IMG/VR virus record: IMGVR_UViG_3300042561_002062
Span: 21,525 to 85,524 of that record
DNA: 64,000 nt
Direction: 5' to 3' (one strand)
From: a virus
Taxonomy: Duplodnaviria > Heunggongvirae > Uroviricota > Caudoviricetes
Under the pieces are notes generated by a model, which had not been told where the DNA came from, made no database searches, and saw only the letters and a program-made list of their open reading frames with translations. A program made the translations under genes and the position numbers. Of the stretch, positions 39,039-47,743 are shown in pieces; within the stretch, counting starts at the first letter, position 1, and the number at the start of each line of letters is the position of its first letter.

Positions 39039-40207
39039 GTGAATATCTACGACGCGGTGTTTCCCCCACAAAAGACGAAGTTCATCGAGCTATCAAGGGG
39101 TTAGATAAGGGTTTATATCCTAAATCATTTTGTAAGATCTTACCCGATTATCTCGGGCAAGATCCCCAGTGGTGTTCTATAATCCACGCAGATGGCGCGG
39201 GAAGTAAAACTTCCCTTGCCTATGCTTATTGGCGAGAGACCGGAGATCTGAGTGTTTGGAGAAACATCGCCGTAGATGCACTTGTGATGAATCTAGATGA
39301 TCTTCTTTGTGTTGGATCGACCGGACCGTTTCTTCTTTCATCTACTATTTGTAGGAACTCCAGGCTAATACCCGGAGAAGTTCTCGAAGCTATTATAGGT
39401 GGAACTCTTGATTTTATTGAACATATGAAAAGTTTCGGCATCGAAATTATTCACGGTGGTGGTGAAACAGCAGATTTAGGTGATCTCGTTAGAACCGTAG
39501 TAGTTGATGCGACTTTCACAACTCGTATGCCAAAGAAAGATCTTATTACGAATGAAAAAATTAACGAAGGTGACGTAGTTGTAGGTCTTTGTTCTTTTGG
39601 TCAATCTTCTTACGAAGGGGAATACAACGGTGGTATGGGCTCAAACGGATTGACATCTGCTAGACACGATATCTTCAATCGAACAATCAAAAGAGATTAT
39701 CCTGAAACTTTCGATCCGCAAATGCCTGAAGACTTGGTTTATAGAGGTGAAATGAACTTGTTGGACCAAGTAGAAGATACACCACTCAACGCCGGAAAAC
39801 TTGTGCTCTCTCCAACAAGAACTTACGCTCCAGTTTTAGCACCTATTCTAAGAGAAAAAAGTTTAGATATCCACGGTATGATACACTGCACTGGTGGTGG
39901 TCAAACAAAAGTATTAAACTTTTTAGAAGGACTTCAGGTAGTAAAAGATAATCTTTTTCCACTTCCGCCCCTGTTCAGATTAATAAAAACTCTATCGGGT
40001 AGTAGTGAAATGGAGCTCTATCAAGTTTTCAACATGGGTCACCGCCTAGAGGTTTATCTTCCAGATTCAGATAGTGAGATACTGATTGATAGGGCGTTAT
40101 CTTTAGGTGTTGATGCTAGAAAAATAGGTCGAGTCGAAAAATCACCAAGACCACAAGTTCTTATTCAAACAGAGGATCAAAATTTTCTCTGCTATAATAA
40201 GGATTAA
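39035..40207 (+). CDS. purM: AIR synthase (phosphoribosylformylglycinamidine cyclo-ligase), Bacteroidota type
   Basis: HADGAGSK, AVDALVMNLDDL, GGETADLGD, GSNGLTSARH, LSPTRTY, HCTGGGQTK, VFNMGH. Confidence 0.9.
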   Translation: MSEYLRRGVSPTKDEVHRAIKGLDKGLYPKSFCKILPDYLGQDPQWCSIIHADGAGSKTSLAYAYWRETGDLSVWRNIAVDALVMNLDDLLCVGSTGPFLLSSTICRNSRLIPGEVLEAIIGGTLDFIEHMKSFGIEIIHGGGETADLGDLVRTVVVDATFTTRMPKKDLITNEKINEGDVVVGLCSFGQSSYEGEYNGGMGSNGLTSARHDIFNRTIKRDYPETFDPQMPEDLVYRGEMNLLDQVEDTPLNAGKLVLSPTRTYAPVLAPILREKSLDIHGMIHCTGGGQTKVLNFLEGLQVVKDNLFPLPPLFRLIKTLSGSSEMELYQVFNMGHRLEVYLPDSDSEILIDRALSLGVDARKIGRVEKSPRPQVLIQTEDQNFLCYNKD

Positions 40208-40213
40208 GTAGAT

Positions 40214-40576
40214 ATGGATTCTCAAGAAAAAAATCCAGCACTTCTACCCTACGGAAATAGTGTTTCGGCTCCAAGAATAGAGCCTATTGATCTAACAAGT
40301 TGGAAATCTCAAAACATTCATAAAGCTAATAAAGAAATATCAGCTAAGTGGGAAGAAATAAAAAGGGAATACCTTAAACTTTTAGAAGAAACCGAATGGA
40401 CTCAACAGGTCTATCAATCACATTTCAACTTTGAGCCTATTGTCGGTGAGATTTATCATCTTTATCTATCAAGAGAAGAAAAACCATTTCTTTCTCTTAT
40501 TTCACCAGACCAGTGGAATAAACCTTATTTAGGTAGTTTTCGCCTGGAAACAGGTAGGAAATGGATAAAAATTTAA
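40214..40576 (+). CDS. DUF2452-like protein
   Basis: LLPYGNSVSAPRI...FNFEPIVGEIYHLY. Confidence 0.7.
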   Translation: MDSQEKNPALLPYGNSVSAPRIEPIDLTSWKSQNIHKANKEISAKWEEIKREYLKLLEETEWTQQVYQSHFNFEPIVGEIYHLYLSREEKPFLSLISPDQWNKPYLGSFRLETGRKWIKI

Positions 40577-40602
40577 ATAAAAAAAATACTAATATATAGA
40601 GT

Positions 40603-40905
40603 ATGATCTATTTATTAGTATTTTTATCACAAATGTTTTTCAATGTAGGTAAAGTTTTAGAGATTAAACTTACCTATGAAAACAAAACACGTGGTCTAAT
40701 TATCAATACCATTCTAATAAACTTAGTTAGTTTAATTTCGGTGTATTACTCTATTGAAAACCTTCTCAAAGGTGATACTCTTATTATATTGTTTTATGTA
40801 GCTGGTTCAGTTGTAGGTAAATGGTTTGCTATGACGCAAATCGAAAACTATCGACATAAAATTTTATCAATTTTCAAAAGTGGAAATAAGAACTACGAAG
40901 TTTGA
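40603..40905 (+). CDS. Small membrane protein (DUF5698-like)
   Basis: Three hydrophobic segments; YVAGSVVGKW. Confidence 0.5.
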   Translation: MIYLLVFLSQMFFNVGKVLEIKLTYENKTRGLIINTILINLVSLISVYYSIENLLKGDTLIILFYVAGSVVGKWFAMTQIENYRHKILSIFKSGNKNYEV

Positions 40906-41233
40906 AGAAGTTGAAAGAGAACTTTCACATCTCAAACCCGATATACTCGATGTATCGGCTACTTACCAAGGTGCTTATTTCAGAGATAAGCTCGTTGGTG
41001 TGGTTTCGTATGTTGAACACCCAAACCACATCTATCTAGGACACGCCTATGTAGTTGAAGAGCACAGAGGTAAAGGCATCTACAAGTTACTTTGGGAATA
41101 CAGAAATATGAAAGTAAAGGAACTCGGAAAACCACTCATAGCTCATTGTAATGTTTCTAGTCTAAAACATTTCCTAAACAACGGTTTCACCCTAGATAAA
41201 GGTCTATTCATGGTGATAAAAGAAAACGACTAG
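40880..41233 (+). CDS. GNAT acetyltransferase
   Basis: YVVEEHRGKGIY acetyl-CoA motif; FLNNGF. Confidence 0.8.
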   Translation: MEIRTTKFEEVERELSHLKPDILDVSATYQGAYFRDKLVGVVSYVEHPNHIYLGHAYVVEEHRGKGIYKLLWEYRNMKVKELGKPLIAHCNVSSLKHFLNNGFTLDKGLFMVIKEND

Positions 41234-41246
41234 ATTCAGTCGTTTT

Positions 41247-41840
41247 CTAGTGGTGGTGATAAGATGATCTTTCTCTCATAATCTCTGATACCTGATTGAA
41301 TGATATTGGAGTATAATCAATCAAGTTACATCCAACGTCCATAACCCTTCCTCTGTAATAATCAGGATTTGTTCTAAGTAGATTTCCGTGGCAGTGACCG
41401 TGTAGGTGAAAACTTCCGTGGTGAGCTCTATTCCAACTTAAGATAGGATAGTGTGAAAGAACGACGTGTCGGTAACCCTGATTTCTTCTGAGCTCTGGAG
41501 AATTATCATCCCGAATATCGATACCTACACCATAGGGATAGATATTCTCGAATCTTCTTAGTCTTCGTATTTGATCTTCTCTATCGTGATTGCCAAGAAC
41601 ACAGGATATTCTACCACGAACATTGTTTAGGAACCACACCGCAGTATCTATTCTAGAGAAAAAAAGGTCACCCAAAAAATACACGATATCGTCATCACCT
41701 ACTACAGAGTTCCATCTTTCTACAAGAGTGCTGTGCATTTCATCCACATTCGCAAATGGTCGGTTATCGTAACGTAGAACATTCGTGTGACCTAAGTGAA
41801 GATCACTTATGAAGAAAATATTTTGTGATTCGTGTCTCAT
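41247..41840 (-). CDS. Phage-type metallophosphoesterase
   Basis: SDLHLGH, LGD, GNHD, SHYP, HGHCH. Confidence 0.88.
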   Translation of the reverse strand: MRHESQNIFFISDLHLGHTNVLRYDNRPFANVDEMHSTLVERWNSVVGDDDIVYFLGDLFFSRIDTAVWFLNNVRGRISCVLGNHDREDQIRRLRRFENIYPYGVGIDIRDDNSPELRRNQGYRHVVLSHYPILSWNRAHHGSFHLHGHCHGNLLRTNPDYYRGRVMDVGCNLIDYTPISFNQVSEIMRERSSYHHH

Positions 41841-41847
41841 ATCTTTA

Positions 41848-41856
41848 GCAAAGATA
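41848..41856 (-). promoter_or_regulatory. Bacteroidota -7 element TATCTTTGC
   Basis: TAnnTTTG match 7 nt before ATG 41840. Confidence 0.55.
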
Positions 41857-41876
41857 GAAATTATTTTTCAAATTTT

Positions 41877-42734
41877 CTAATTATTTTTCAAGCAGATTGT
41901 ATCTATACCAAAATTCAAAAAATTATTGAAACCATGATTTTTTAATCTTTCATTTATTTGGAAAATTTGTTCAGATGTTATATTCATATTTTCATAAACC
42001 ATCATTTTCAATCTTATTAAAATATCCGGTCTGATCGACATAATAACATCGTGATCACTTCCTTCAATATCAATTCTGATCCAATCCAAATCATTATCAA
42101 AATGCTTATCTATTATAGAATTTATAGAAAAGGACGGAACATATATTGGATTTATATCAACACCCGGAAAAAACTTTTCTACAACTTTTTTATCCATAGA
42201 ACTCACCTGGTTGAAGGGTGCTATCCAAAAATTAACAAGACCATCAGTTGATGATACAACACAATTTTCTATTTTAACATTTTTCCTGTCTTTGTGTGTT
42301 TTTAATAATATTTCTTGATTGATGGGGTCTCCTTCTACTAGTACTACAAAACATTCATTATTAAAAACTGGCAAAAGCCACTCACCCCATCTTCCAGTGC
42401 CTGCTCCTAGAACTAGTCCATTTGATCTAGATTTTGATTTAACCCAAATATTAAAAAACTCTTCTATATCCCCACCATCTACATCCGGTCTGAACGTAAA
42501 TTCTTTCAAAAGTTTGCCGGATTTTGTATATACATAAGTATTTTTAAAAGAGTAGTTATCATAAAAACTCCACCAGTTACCCCATAGTTCTGATTGATAT
42601 GAAATCTCACCACTAATCCAATCTCTAATAACAAAACTGAGTGGAAATTCACTTCGATCTAATATATAGTTTATAGATTCTGATATTTCTACTTTGATAC
42701 CATCAGAAGTTCTCAAAAAATTTATTATAGACAT
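41877..42734 (-). CDS. FkbM-family methyltransferase with N-terminal accessory domain
   Basis: LVLGAGTG, LVEGDP, IRIDIEGSD. Confidence 0.8.
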   Translation of the reverse strand: MSIINFLRTSDGIKVEISESINYILDRSEFPLSFVIRDWISGEISYQSELWGNWWSFYDNYSFKNTYVYTKSGKLLKEFTFRPDVDGGDIEEFFNIWVKSKSRSNGLVLGAGTGRWGEWLLPVFNNECFVVLVEGDPINQEILLKTHKDRKNVKIENCVVSSTDGLVNFWIAPFNQVSSMDKKVVEKFFPGVDINPIYVPSFSINSIIDKHFDNDLDWIRIDIEGSDHDVIMSIRPDILIRLKMMVYENMNITSEQIFQINERLKNHGFNNFLNFGIDTICLKNN

Positions 42735-42752
42735 AATTTATATATACGTATT

Positions 42753-42923
42753 ATGCAAAATGTTTATCTACTCAATTGGGAATCTTTTCTAGAAAAATGG
42801 ACGATGAAATATAAAAAATCCATCGATTGTAAAAATCCAAAAGGTTTCTCTCAAAAAGCTCACTGTCAGGCTAGAAAAAAGAGAAAAAGAGGATTGAAAA
42901 CCCTATCCAAAAAAGTTAGATGA
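42753..42923 (+). CDS. Unannotated 56-aa basic peptide with leader and C-x10-H-C motif
   Basis: Manual translation MQNVYLLNWESFLEKWTMKYKKSIDCKNPKGFSQKAHCQARKKRKRGLKTLSKKVR; TATATATA at 42739-42746. Confidence 0.7.
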   Translation: MQNVYLLNWESFLEKWTMKYKKSIDCKNPKGFSQKAHCQARKKRKRGLKTLSKKVR

Positions 42924-42924
42924 T

Positions 42925-43335
42925 ATGAAAAGTTATCCTCATGGATTTTGGGAAGACGGAGAAGGTAAATATTCCGTAGATAGTCTTTTTAGAGTAGTTC
43001 AAGATAGAGAGCCATCTTTTGTGTCGATCAAAAAAATAATAGACAAAAACAAAGATCTTGAAACCAAAGAGGGAAACTTTCTTAAGAACTTAGAAAATCC
43101 AACTATTCGTTTTACAAAAAGAGTAGGAAAATCAAATACATCCTATCCTATTTTGCTAAGTGAAGAGGGATGGATAATCGATGGCTCTCATAGAGTTGCT
43201 AAACTGAAATGGCAAGGTAGAAGAAAAATTCTAGCTCATATAATAAGAGAAGAAGATTTGAAAAGTGCTCGTGTTGATATAAACGAAAGCTTAATTCTAA
43301 AATTTGAGTTGTGGAAAAAAATTGGTATGTTTTAA
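42925..43335 (+). CDS. ParB/Srx-like domain protein
   Basis: YPILLSEEGWIIDGSHRVAK (DGxHR). Confidence 0.65.
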   Translation: MKSYPHGFWEDGEGKYSVDSLFRVVQDREPSFVSIKKIIDKNKDLETKEGNFLKNLENPTIRFTKRVGKSNTSYPILLSEEGWIIDGSHRVAKLKWQGRRKILAHIIREEDLKSARVDINESLILKFELWKKIGMF

Positions 43336-43368
43336 AACATCAAGAGCTAGGACATATATAATCCATCT

Positions 43369-43611
43369 ATGACTATATTAATTAGACCAGAAGAGTTTGA
43401 AGCAGATCTTGGACCAAATTGGAGAAATGGAATGCTCATTAAGCCTAGTATAGACTACGCTACTAATTCAATACATTCTTGGATAGGAAATGAAGAGGTG
43501 ATTGTTTTTAGATTTAAAAATTACGGATTCATCAACGACAACAGATGCAGTACTTATGATATTTCGGTCGGATCGGCAGGTATAATGATAGAAATAACTA
43601 AAACTCTCTAA
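43369..43611 (+). CDS. Hypothetical protein
   Basis: ORF preceded by ATATATA. Confidence 0.55.
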   Translation: MTILIRPEEFEADLGPNWRNGMLIKPSIDYATNSIHSWIGNEEVIVFRFKNYGFINDNRCSTYDISVGSAGIMIEITKTL

Positions 43612-43627
43612 AAAAATATACCAAAAA

Positions 43628-43723
43628 ATGGCAGGTGGTGACGATAAAGTATCCAAAACCGAATCAATAATAGTTTCTAGTATTTTAGTGATATTATTGA
43701 TTTATATTATACTTGGTTTATAA
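43628..43723 (+). CDS. Unannotated 31-aa single-TM peptide
   Basis: MAGGDDKVSKTESIIVSSILVILLIYIILGL; fills gap between ORFs. Confidence 0.45.
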   Translation: MAGGDDKVSKTESIIVSSILVILLIYIILGL

Positions 43724-43724
43724 T

Positions 43725-44009
43725 ATGAAAATAATCCAATGGTTTCATAAACCTAAAGGATTTTTTTATATACAATCAGAAGTAATATTTATGATAAATT
43801 ATTTCTTTTTTGAATTTAGAGAAGGAAAAGCAAAAATAAATTTCTCATCTAATTTTTACGAAATTAGTAGAAGAAACACAATAGATATAGTATTGAGAAA
43901 ATTTTTTACCAGAAAAAATAGCCAGACATCACATAAAAATTATAAAAAACCTGTTCACTCGGGATTTTTATTTTTCCACAAAGACAAATACCTAGATCAA
44001 TGCAAATAA
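43725..44009 (+). CDS. Hypothetical protein
   Basis: ORF, likely start ATG 43725. Confidence 0.4.
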   Translation: MKIIQWFHKPKGFFYIQSEVIFMINYFFFEFREGKAKINFSSNFYEISRRNTIDIVLRKFFTRKNSQTSHKNYKKPVHSGFLFFHKDKYLDQCK

Positions 44010-45019
44010 ATATATTACGTATAGATTTTGAGAAAGCTTATCAAGCAGACGAGTTGTTTGTGGAATTTTCGATCAGTGAGGGTTTTGCTGAACTTAGACC
44101 TATAAGGTTGAGGCTATTAGATCCTTTTTTTAGAAGACCATTTGCTTTTGTAGATCCAATCGAGCTTGGATGTAATTCAGAAAATAGTTACTGGGTTAAT
44201 TTCTGGTTGAAAGGTCACACAAGGGATCCAGTTCTAGGATTACAGGGTGGGTTTATTATTCAATTTGAAGATGTTGTAACTCAAAAAATAATAGAGGAAA
44301 AAGAATTCAGAAATGATGGAAAGCATTGGTCAAAAAGAGGAATTCAGAAAAATTTCCCGTGGAATGATCCTAGGTTTTATTTGATCGGGGATTCACACTC
44401 ATGGACTAATTTTGGAGATCATTCACATAATATAGACTCAGTAGCTGGTCTTAAATTTGTAAGACACGCACATTATGGTGTTAGTTCTCATACTTTCTGG
44501 TCTGGGGATTTTTATGGTTATATAAATTTACTTCCGGTCGAAAAAAATGATATTTTGGGTTTCAATTTTGGAACTTATGATTTTAGAGAGGGTGTCTTCA
44601 AAGCATCAGACACTAAAAATATTCCTATCGAAGAATGTATTTATGCTACACTTTTTCAGACTTTTTACAAATTAAAACAGCTCAGAGAAGTATATAGAGA
44701 CAATCATTTTATGATTTGTTCGATTGTTCCGCCTTTTAGAGAGCATAACATAAAACCAGAAAATAGGCGGGAAGTTTTTTGGAATTCAACCGATGAACAA
44801 AGATTGAAAGTTTTTTCTATTTACAATAATTTCTGGTCTAGACACATTCATTTCTTGGAAAATGCTTCTTTTTTAGACTGGACTGGGCCTTATCTTGATA
44901 GTGAAGGTTTCTTAATTGATGATTATATGTATTTAGAAGATATACACATAGAAAAATATGAGAAATCTTTTGAAATTTTGGAAAATCATATAAGAAAGAT
45001 ACTAGGTAAAAATGTCTAG
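44000..45019 (+). CDS. Protein with C-terminal SGNH/GDSL-like domain
   Basis: LIGDSHS, FNFGTYD, DIHI. Confidence 0.55.
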   Translation: MQINILRIDFEKAYQADELFVEFSISEGFAELRPIRLRLLDPFFRRPFAFVDPIELGCNSENSYWVNFWLKGHTRDPVLGLQGGFIIQFEDVVTQKIIEEKEFRNDGKHWSKRGIQKNFPWNDPRFYLIGDSHSWTNFGDHSHNIDSVAGLKFVRHAHYGVSSHTFWSGDFYGYINLLPVEKNDILGFNFGTYDFREGVFKASDTKNIPIEECIYATLFQTFYKLKQLREVYRDNHFMICSIVPPFREHNIKPENRREVFWNSTDEQRLKVFSIYNNFWSRHIHFLENASFLDWTGPYLDSEGFLIDDYMYLEDIHIEKYEKSFEILENHIRKILGKNV

Positions 45020-45064
45020 TCTCTATACTAAATCTCAATTTTTTTACAAAAATCCTTCTAACTG

Positions 45065-45137
45065 AGCGGGAGACGAGGTTCGAACTCGCGGCCTGCAGCT
45101 TGGAAGGCTGCCGCTCTACCAACTGAGCTACTCCCGC
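45065..45137 (-). tRNA. tRNA-Gly (anticodon TCC), no encoded CCA
   Basis: GCGGGAG acceptor stem, D arm AGCTCAGTTGGTAGAGC, anticodon loop CTTCCAA, T loop GTTCGAA. Confidence 0.95.
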
Positions 45138-45148
45138 TTAAAAACTTA

Positions 45149-45157
45149 GCAAATATA
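45149..45157 (-). promoter_or_regulatory. Bacteroidota -7 element TATATTTGC for tRNA-Gly
   Basis: 11 nt upstream of tRNA 5' end. Confidence 0.6.
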
Positions 45158-45170
45158 GGTAATTTATCTA

Positions 45171-45479
45171 TTATTTTCCACTCTTCTGTTTAGAAATATT
45201 ATCAAAATTTTTCTGACACCAGTTGAATTGTTTATCTATTTTTGAATCGATGTAAGAATACATCTCTTCTGATTTTTTTCCTATTAAGGTATGAAGTTTG
45301 TCGAACTCCTTTGATCTTTCTGAAAACTCATGGTATATTTTTTCAGACAACACATTTTCTATTTTTAAAATCTGATCACTCACCATTTTTTTCATTTCAA
45401 CTCTAATCCTAACGACACCAACAACCGAAGCAATTGTTATAACTGAAAGCGCCCCTAGAACAAAATAAGTTATTTCCAT
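45171..45479 (-). CDS. Membrane-anchored coiled-coil protein
   Basis: N-terminal TM then helical charged region; lies between two tRNAs. Confidence 0.6.
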   Translation of the reverse strand: MEITYFVLGALSVITIASVVGVVRIRVEMKKMVSDQILKIENVLSEKIYHEFSERSKEFDKLHTLIGKKSEEMYSYIDSKIDKQFNWCQKNFDNISKQKSGK

Positions 45480-45521
45480 ATTTTTTTATTTTTTTTGGCC
45501 TAAACCTGCTAAGTTTTTTTG

Positions 45522-45606
45522 CGGAGAGAGAGGGATTCGAACCCCCGGTACCTTTCGGTACAACTGTTTTCAAGACAGCCGATTTTAACCACTCACCCAT
45601 CTCTCC
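45522..45606 (-). tRNA. tRNA-Ser (anticodon TGA), long variable arm, no encoded CCA
   Basis: GGAGAGA acceptor stem, anticodon loop CTTGAAA, variable arm GTACCGAAAGGTAC, T loop GTTCGAA, G discriminator. Confidence 0.95.
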
Positions 45607-45624
45607 TGGTTGTATTTGTTGTAT

Positions 45625-45632
45625 CAAAGATA
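45625..45632 (-). promoter_or_regulatory. Bacteroidota promoter for tRNA-Ser (TATCTTTG with TTTG 20 nt upstream)
   Basis: Both -7 and -33 elements at canonical spacing. Confidence 0.65.
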
Positions 45633-45671
45633 CGGAACTAAGTTTATATATACAAAAAAAAATTCATCATC

Positions 45672-46049
45672 ATGGCAAACTTAGAAGAAACTTGGTTTTA
45701 CGAGCCACCGATTGATTTTGAGCACAAAAATTACCTGCTCTTACAGTATTTAAGTGATATCGATAAAAGTTATTCACTTTTTAGACTGAGTCCTTATTTA
45801 CTTAGAACAGAGAGACTTATCGGATCTATGAAAATTTTTCGTGAAGATCTAAAAAAAAAAAAAAGTCTTATTGTGGGAAGAATGATTGGATTTTCTTTTC
45901 AAAGAGGTATCATTCGTGAAGATGTTGAAGATATACCAGAAATGGAAGAAATATCGGAAATTGTTGACTACTCTATACCACTACTGGATTCAAAAGTAAA
46001 AATGGGATATAAACTTCTAAAAAAATATCCTCAAGTTCTTTTTATTTAG
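45672..46049 (+). CDS. Hypothetical protein
   Basis: ORF; contains A14 run at 45851-45864. Confidence 0.6.
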   Translation: MANLEETWFYEPPIDFEHKNYLLLQYLSDIDKSYSLFRLSPYLLRTERLIGSMKIFREDLKKKKSLIVGRMIGFSFQRGIIREDVEDIPEMEEISEIVDYSIPLLDSKVKMGYKLLKKYPQVLFI

Positions 46050-46092
46050 AAAATAGTTTCATATATTTGTCTTTTCTATACAAAAACAAATT

Positions 46093-46419
46093 ATGGAAAT
46101 AGAAGACAAGCTAAAAATATCAACACAAACAACCGGATTTAGCTCACCGGCTAGAGATTATGTAGATAAGCGTCTCGATCTCAACGAACTAATGGTTAAA
46201 AATATTTATTCTACTTTTTATTTTTTATGGCAAGGTGAAGATAAACTTGGCCTAAAAAAAGGAGACTATCTTTTAATAGATAAAAGCGTAGAACCAAAAG
46301 AAGATAGTCTTGTGGTTTATACAGATGAGGATAAACTTGGAGTTGATCAATTTATGAATATTAATCCTGAAAAATTATGGGGAACAATCTTATGGAAAAT
46401 AACAAATCTAGAAAGGTAG
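46093..46419 (+). CDS. umuD: UmuD-like protein lacking Ser/Lys catalytic dyad
   Basis: TGFSSPARDYVDKRLDLNE, GDYLLIDKS, LWGTI; directly upstream of umuC; TATATTTG at 46062-46069. Confidence 0.8.
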   Translation: MEIEDKLKISTQTTGFSSPARDYVDKRLDLNELMVKNIYSTFYFLWQGEDKLGLKKGDYLLIDKSVEPKEDSLVVYTDEDKLGVDQFMNINPEKLWGTILWKITNLER

Positions 46420-47585
46420 CTATTGTAGATGCTAATAACTTTTATGTTTCTTGTGAAAGAGTATTTAATCCTTCACTAGAAGGAAAAAAAACCGTTGTGC
46501 TTTCCAACAACGACGGGTGTATTATCGCAAGATCTCAAGAGGTAAAAGATATTGGTATTAAAATGGGTCAGCCTCTTTTTTTATTAGACGAAGAGGTAAA
46601 AAATAATATTCATAAGTATTCTTCTAACTACAATCTTTACGGAGATATCTCAGATAGAATAGCTAATATTCTTCTTCAATTTTCACCACTAGTTGAAAAC
46701 TATTCTATTGACGAGAGTTTTATTGATCTTTCTCATGTTGATGACAGAGATATTTTAGATTATCTTAAAGTAATAAAAAAGACTATTCAAAGGTGGGTAG
46801 GAATACCGGTATCTATTGGTTGTGGTCAAAATAAAACTCTAGCTAAACTTTGTAACTTTATTTCCAAGAATGTTAAAGAATATGGTGGTGTTTATTATCA
46901 AGGATCTAACTTAACTGATTTAGACAATTTACCGATTGATGAAGTTTGGGGTATAGGAAGAAAATGGTCTAAAAAATTAAACTCTTGTGATATTTTTCTA
47001 GTCAAAGATTTTAAGAAACTATCAAATCTTCAAGCTCAGGGAATACTCAATATTACTGGTCTAAAGACTCTTCTCGAACTTAAGGGAGAATATATTCACC
47101 CAGTTACAAATAAGTTCAAAAGACCAAAGATGGTTACCTACTCTAGAAGTTTTGGAACAAGTGTTTGGAGAAAATCAGAGATTTTTGATAGTTTATCCCT
47201 CTTTTTAGAAGGTTCATGTAAAGTTTTATCTAGAGAAAATCTTCAAACTAAACGAGTGTCGGTTTTTGTATCTACCAATCGTTTTGACGAGGATTATTTT
47301 ACCTGGCACCGTGATATTCGTCTTGATGTTCCATCGAATAATCCGGAAATTATTTGGTCACAAATAGAAGAATTTCTAGAAGAAATACCTCTTAAACTTT
47401 GGTCAAAAGCCGGCGTCTGTTTAAAGGATCTTATACCAGATAATATAAAGGTACAAAATATTTTCGTAGATAACGTTCAACCTACACCTCTCCCTAAAAT
47501 TGAACGAAGAAACTGGCAAACAAAAATGGAGTTTCTTTCACCTAGATACACAACCAAATGGGAAGATATACCACAAATATATTAA
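46392..47585 (+). CDS. umuC: Y-family DNA polymerase V subunit UmuC-like
   Basis: IVDANNFYVSCE, SNNDGC, YSIDESF, VWGIG; C-terminal SPRYTTKWEDI. Confidence 0.92.
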   Translation: MENNKSRKVAIVDANNFYVSCERVFNPSLEGKKTVVLSNNDGCIIARSQEVKDIGIKMGQPLFLLDEEVKNNIHKYSSNYNLYGDISDRIANILLQFSPLVENYSIDESFIDLSHVDDRDILDYLKVIKKTIQRWVGIPVSIGCGQNKTLAKLCNFISKNVKEYGGVYYQGSNLTDLDNLPIDEVWGIGRKWSKKLNSCDIFLVKDFKKLSNLQAQGILNITGLKTLLELKGEYIHPVTNKFKRPKMVTYSRSFGTSVWRKSEIFDSLSLFLEGSCKVLSRENLQTKRVSVFVSTNRFDEDYFTWHRDIRLDVPSNNPEIIWSQIEEFLEEIPLKLWSKAGVCLKDLIPDNIKVQNIFVDNVQPTPLPKIERRNWQTKMEFLSPRYTTKWEDIPQIY

Positions 47586-47611
47586 TATATAACTAAAAAA
47601 ATTATTTTGTT

Positions 47612-47737
47612 ATGGTCATTCTTCCACTAACTCTCATTCTTTTAGGAGTTTCAACAATTATACTTACTTTACTTAGTCAAAGGAGAGAACTAAAAGGTGG
47701 TTGTTGTGGAGATAAATGTATTTGTAAAAATAACTGA
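47612..47737 (+). CDS. Unannotated 41-aa TM peptide with Cys-rich tail (FeoB-associated-like)
   Basis: MVILPLTLILLGVSTIILTLLSQRRELKGGCCGDKCICKNN; TAATATATA upstream. Confidence 0.6.
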   Translation: MVILPLTLILLGVSTIILTLLSQRRELKGGCCGDKCICKNN

Positions 47738-47743
47738 ATTTAC

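Noticed and set aside
20001-45000. Apparent abundance of CTAG/TCTAGA and GATC sites in the core region
   Set aside because: Impression only; needs a k-mer observed/expected count, and may just reflect CTA/AGA/GAT codon use
45522-45606. tRNA with TGA anticodon as suppressor or selenocysteine tRNA
   Set aside because: Anticodon 5'-UGA-3' reads the Ser codon UCA; Sec or opal suppressors need UCA
46050-46092. LexA/SOS box upstream of umuD
   Set aside because: No convincing palindromic operator visible
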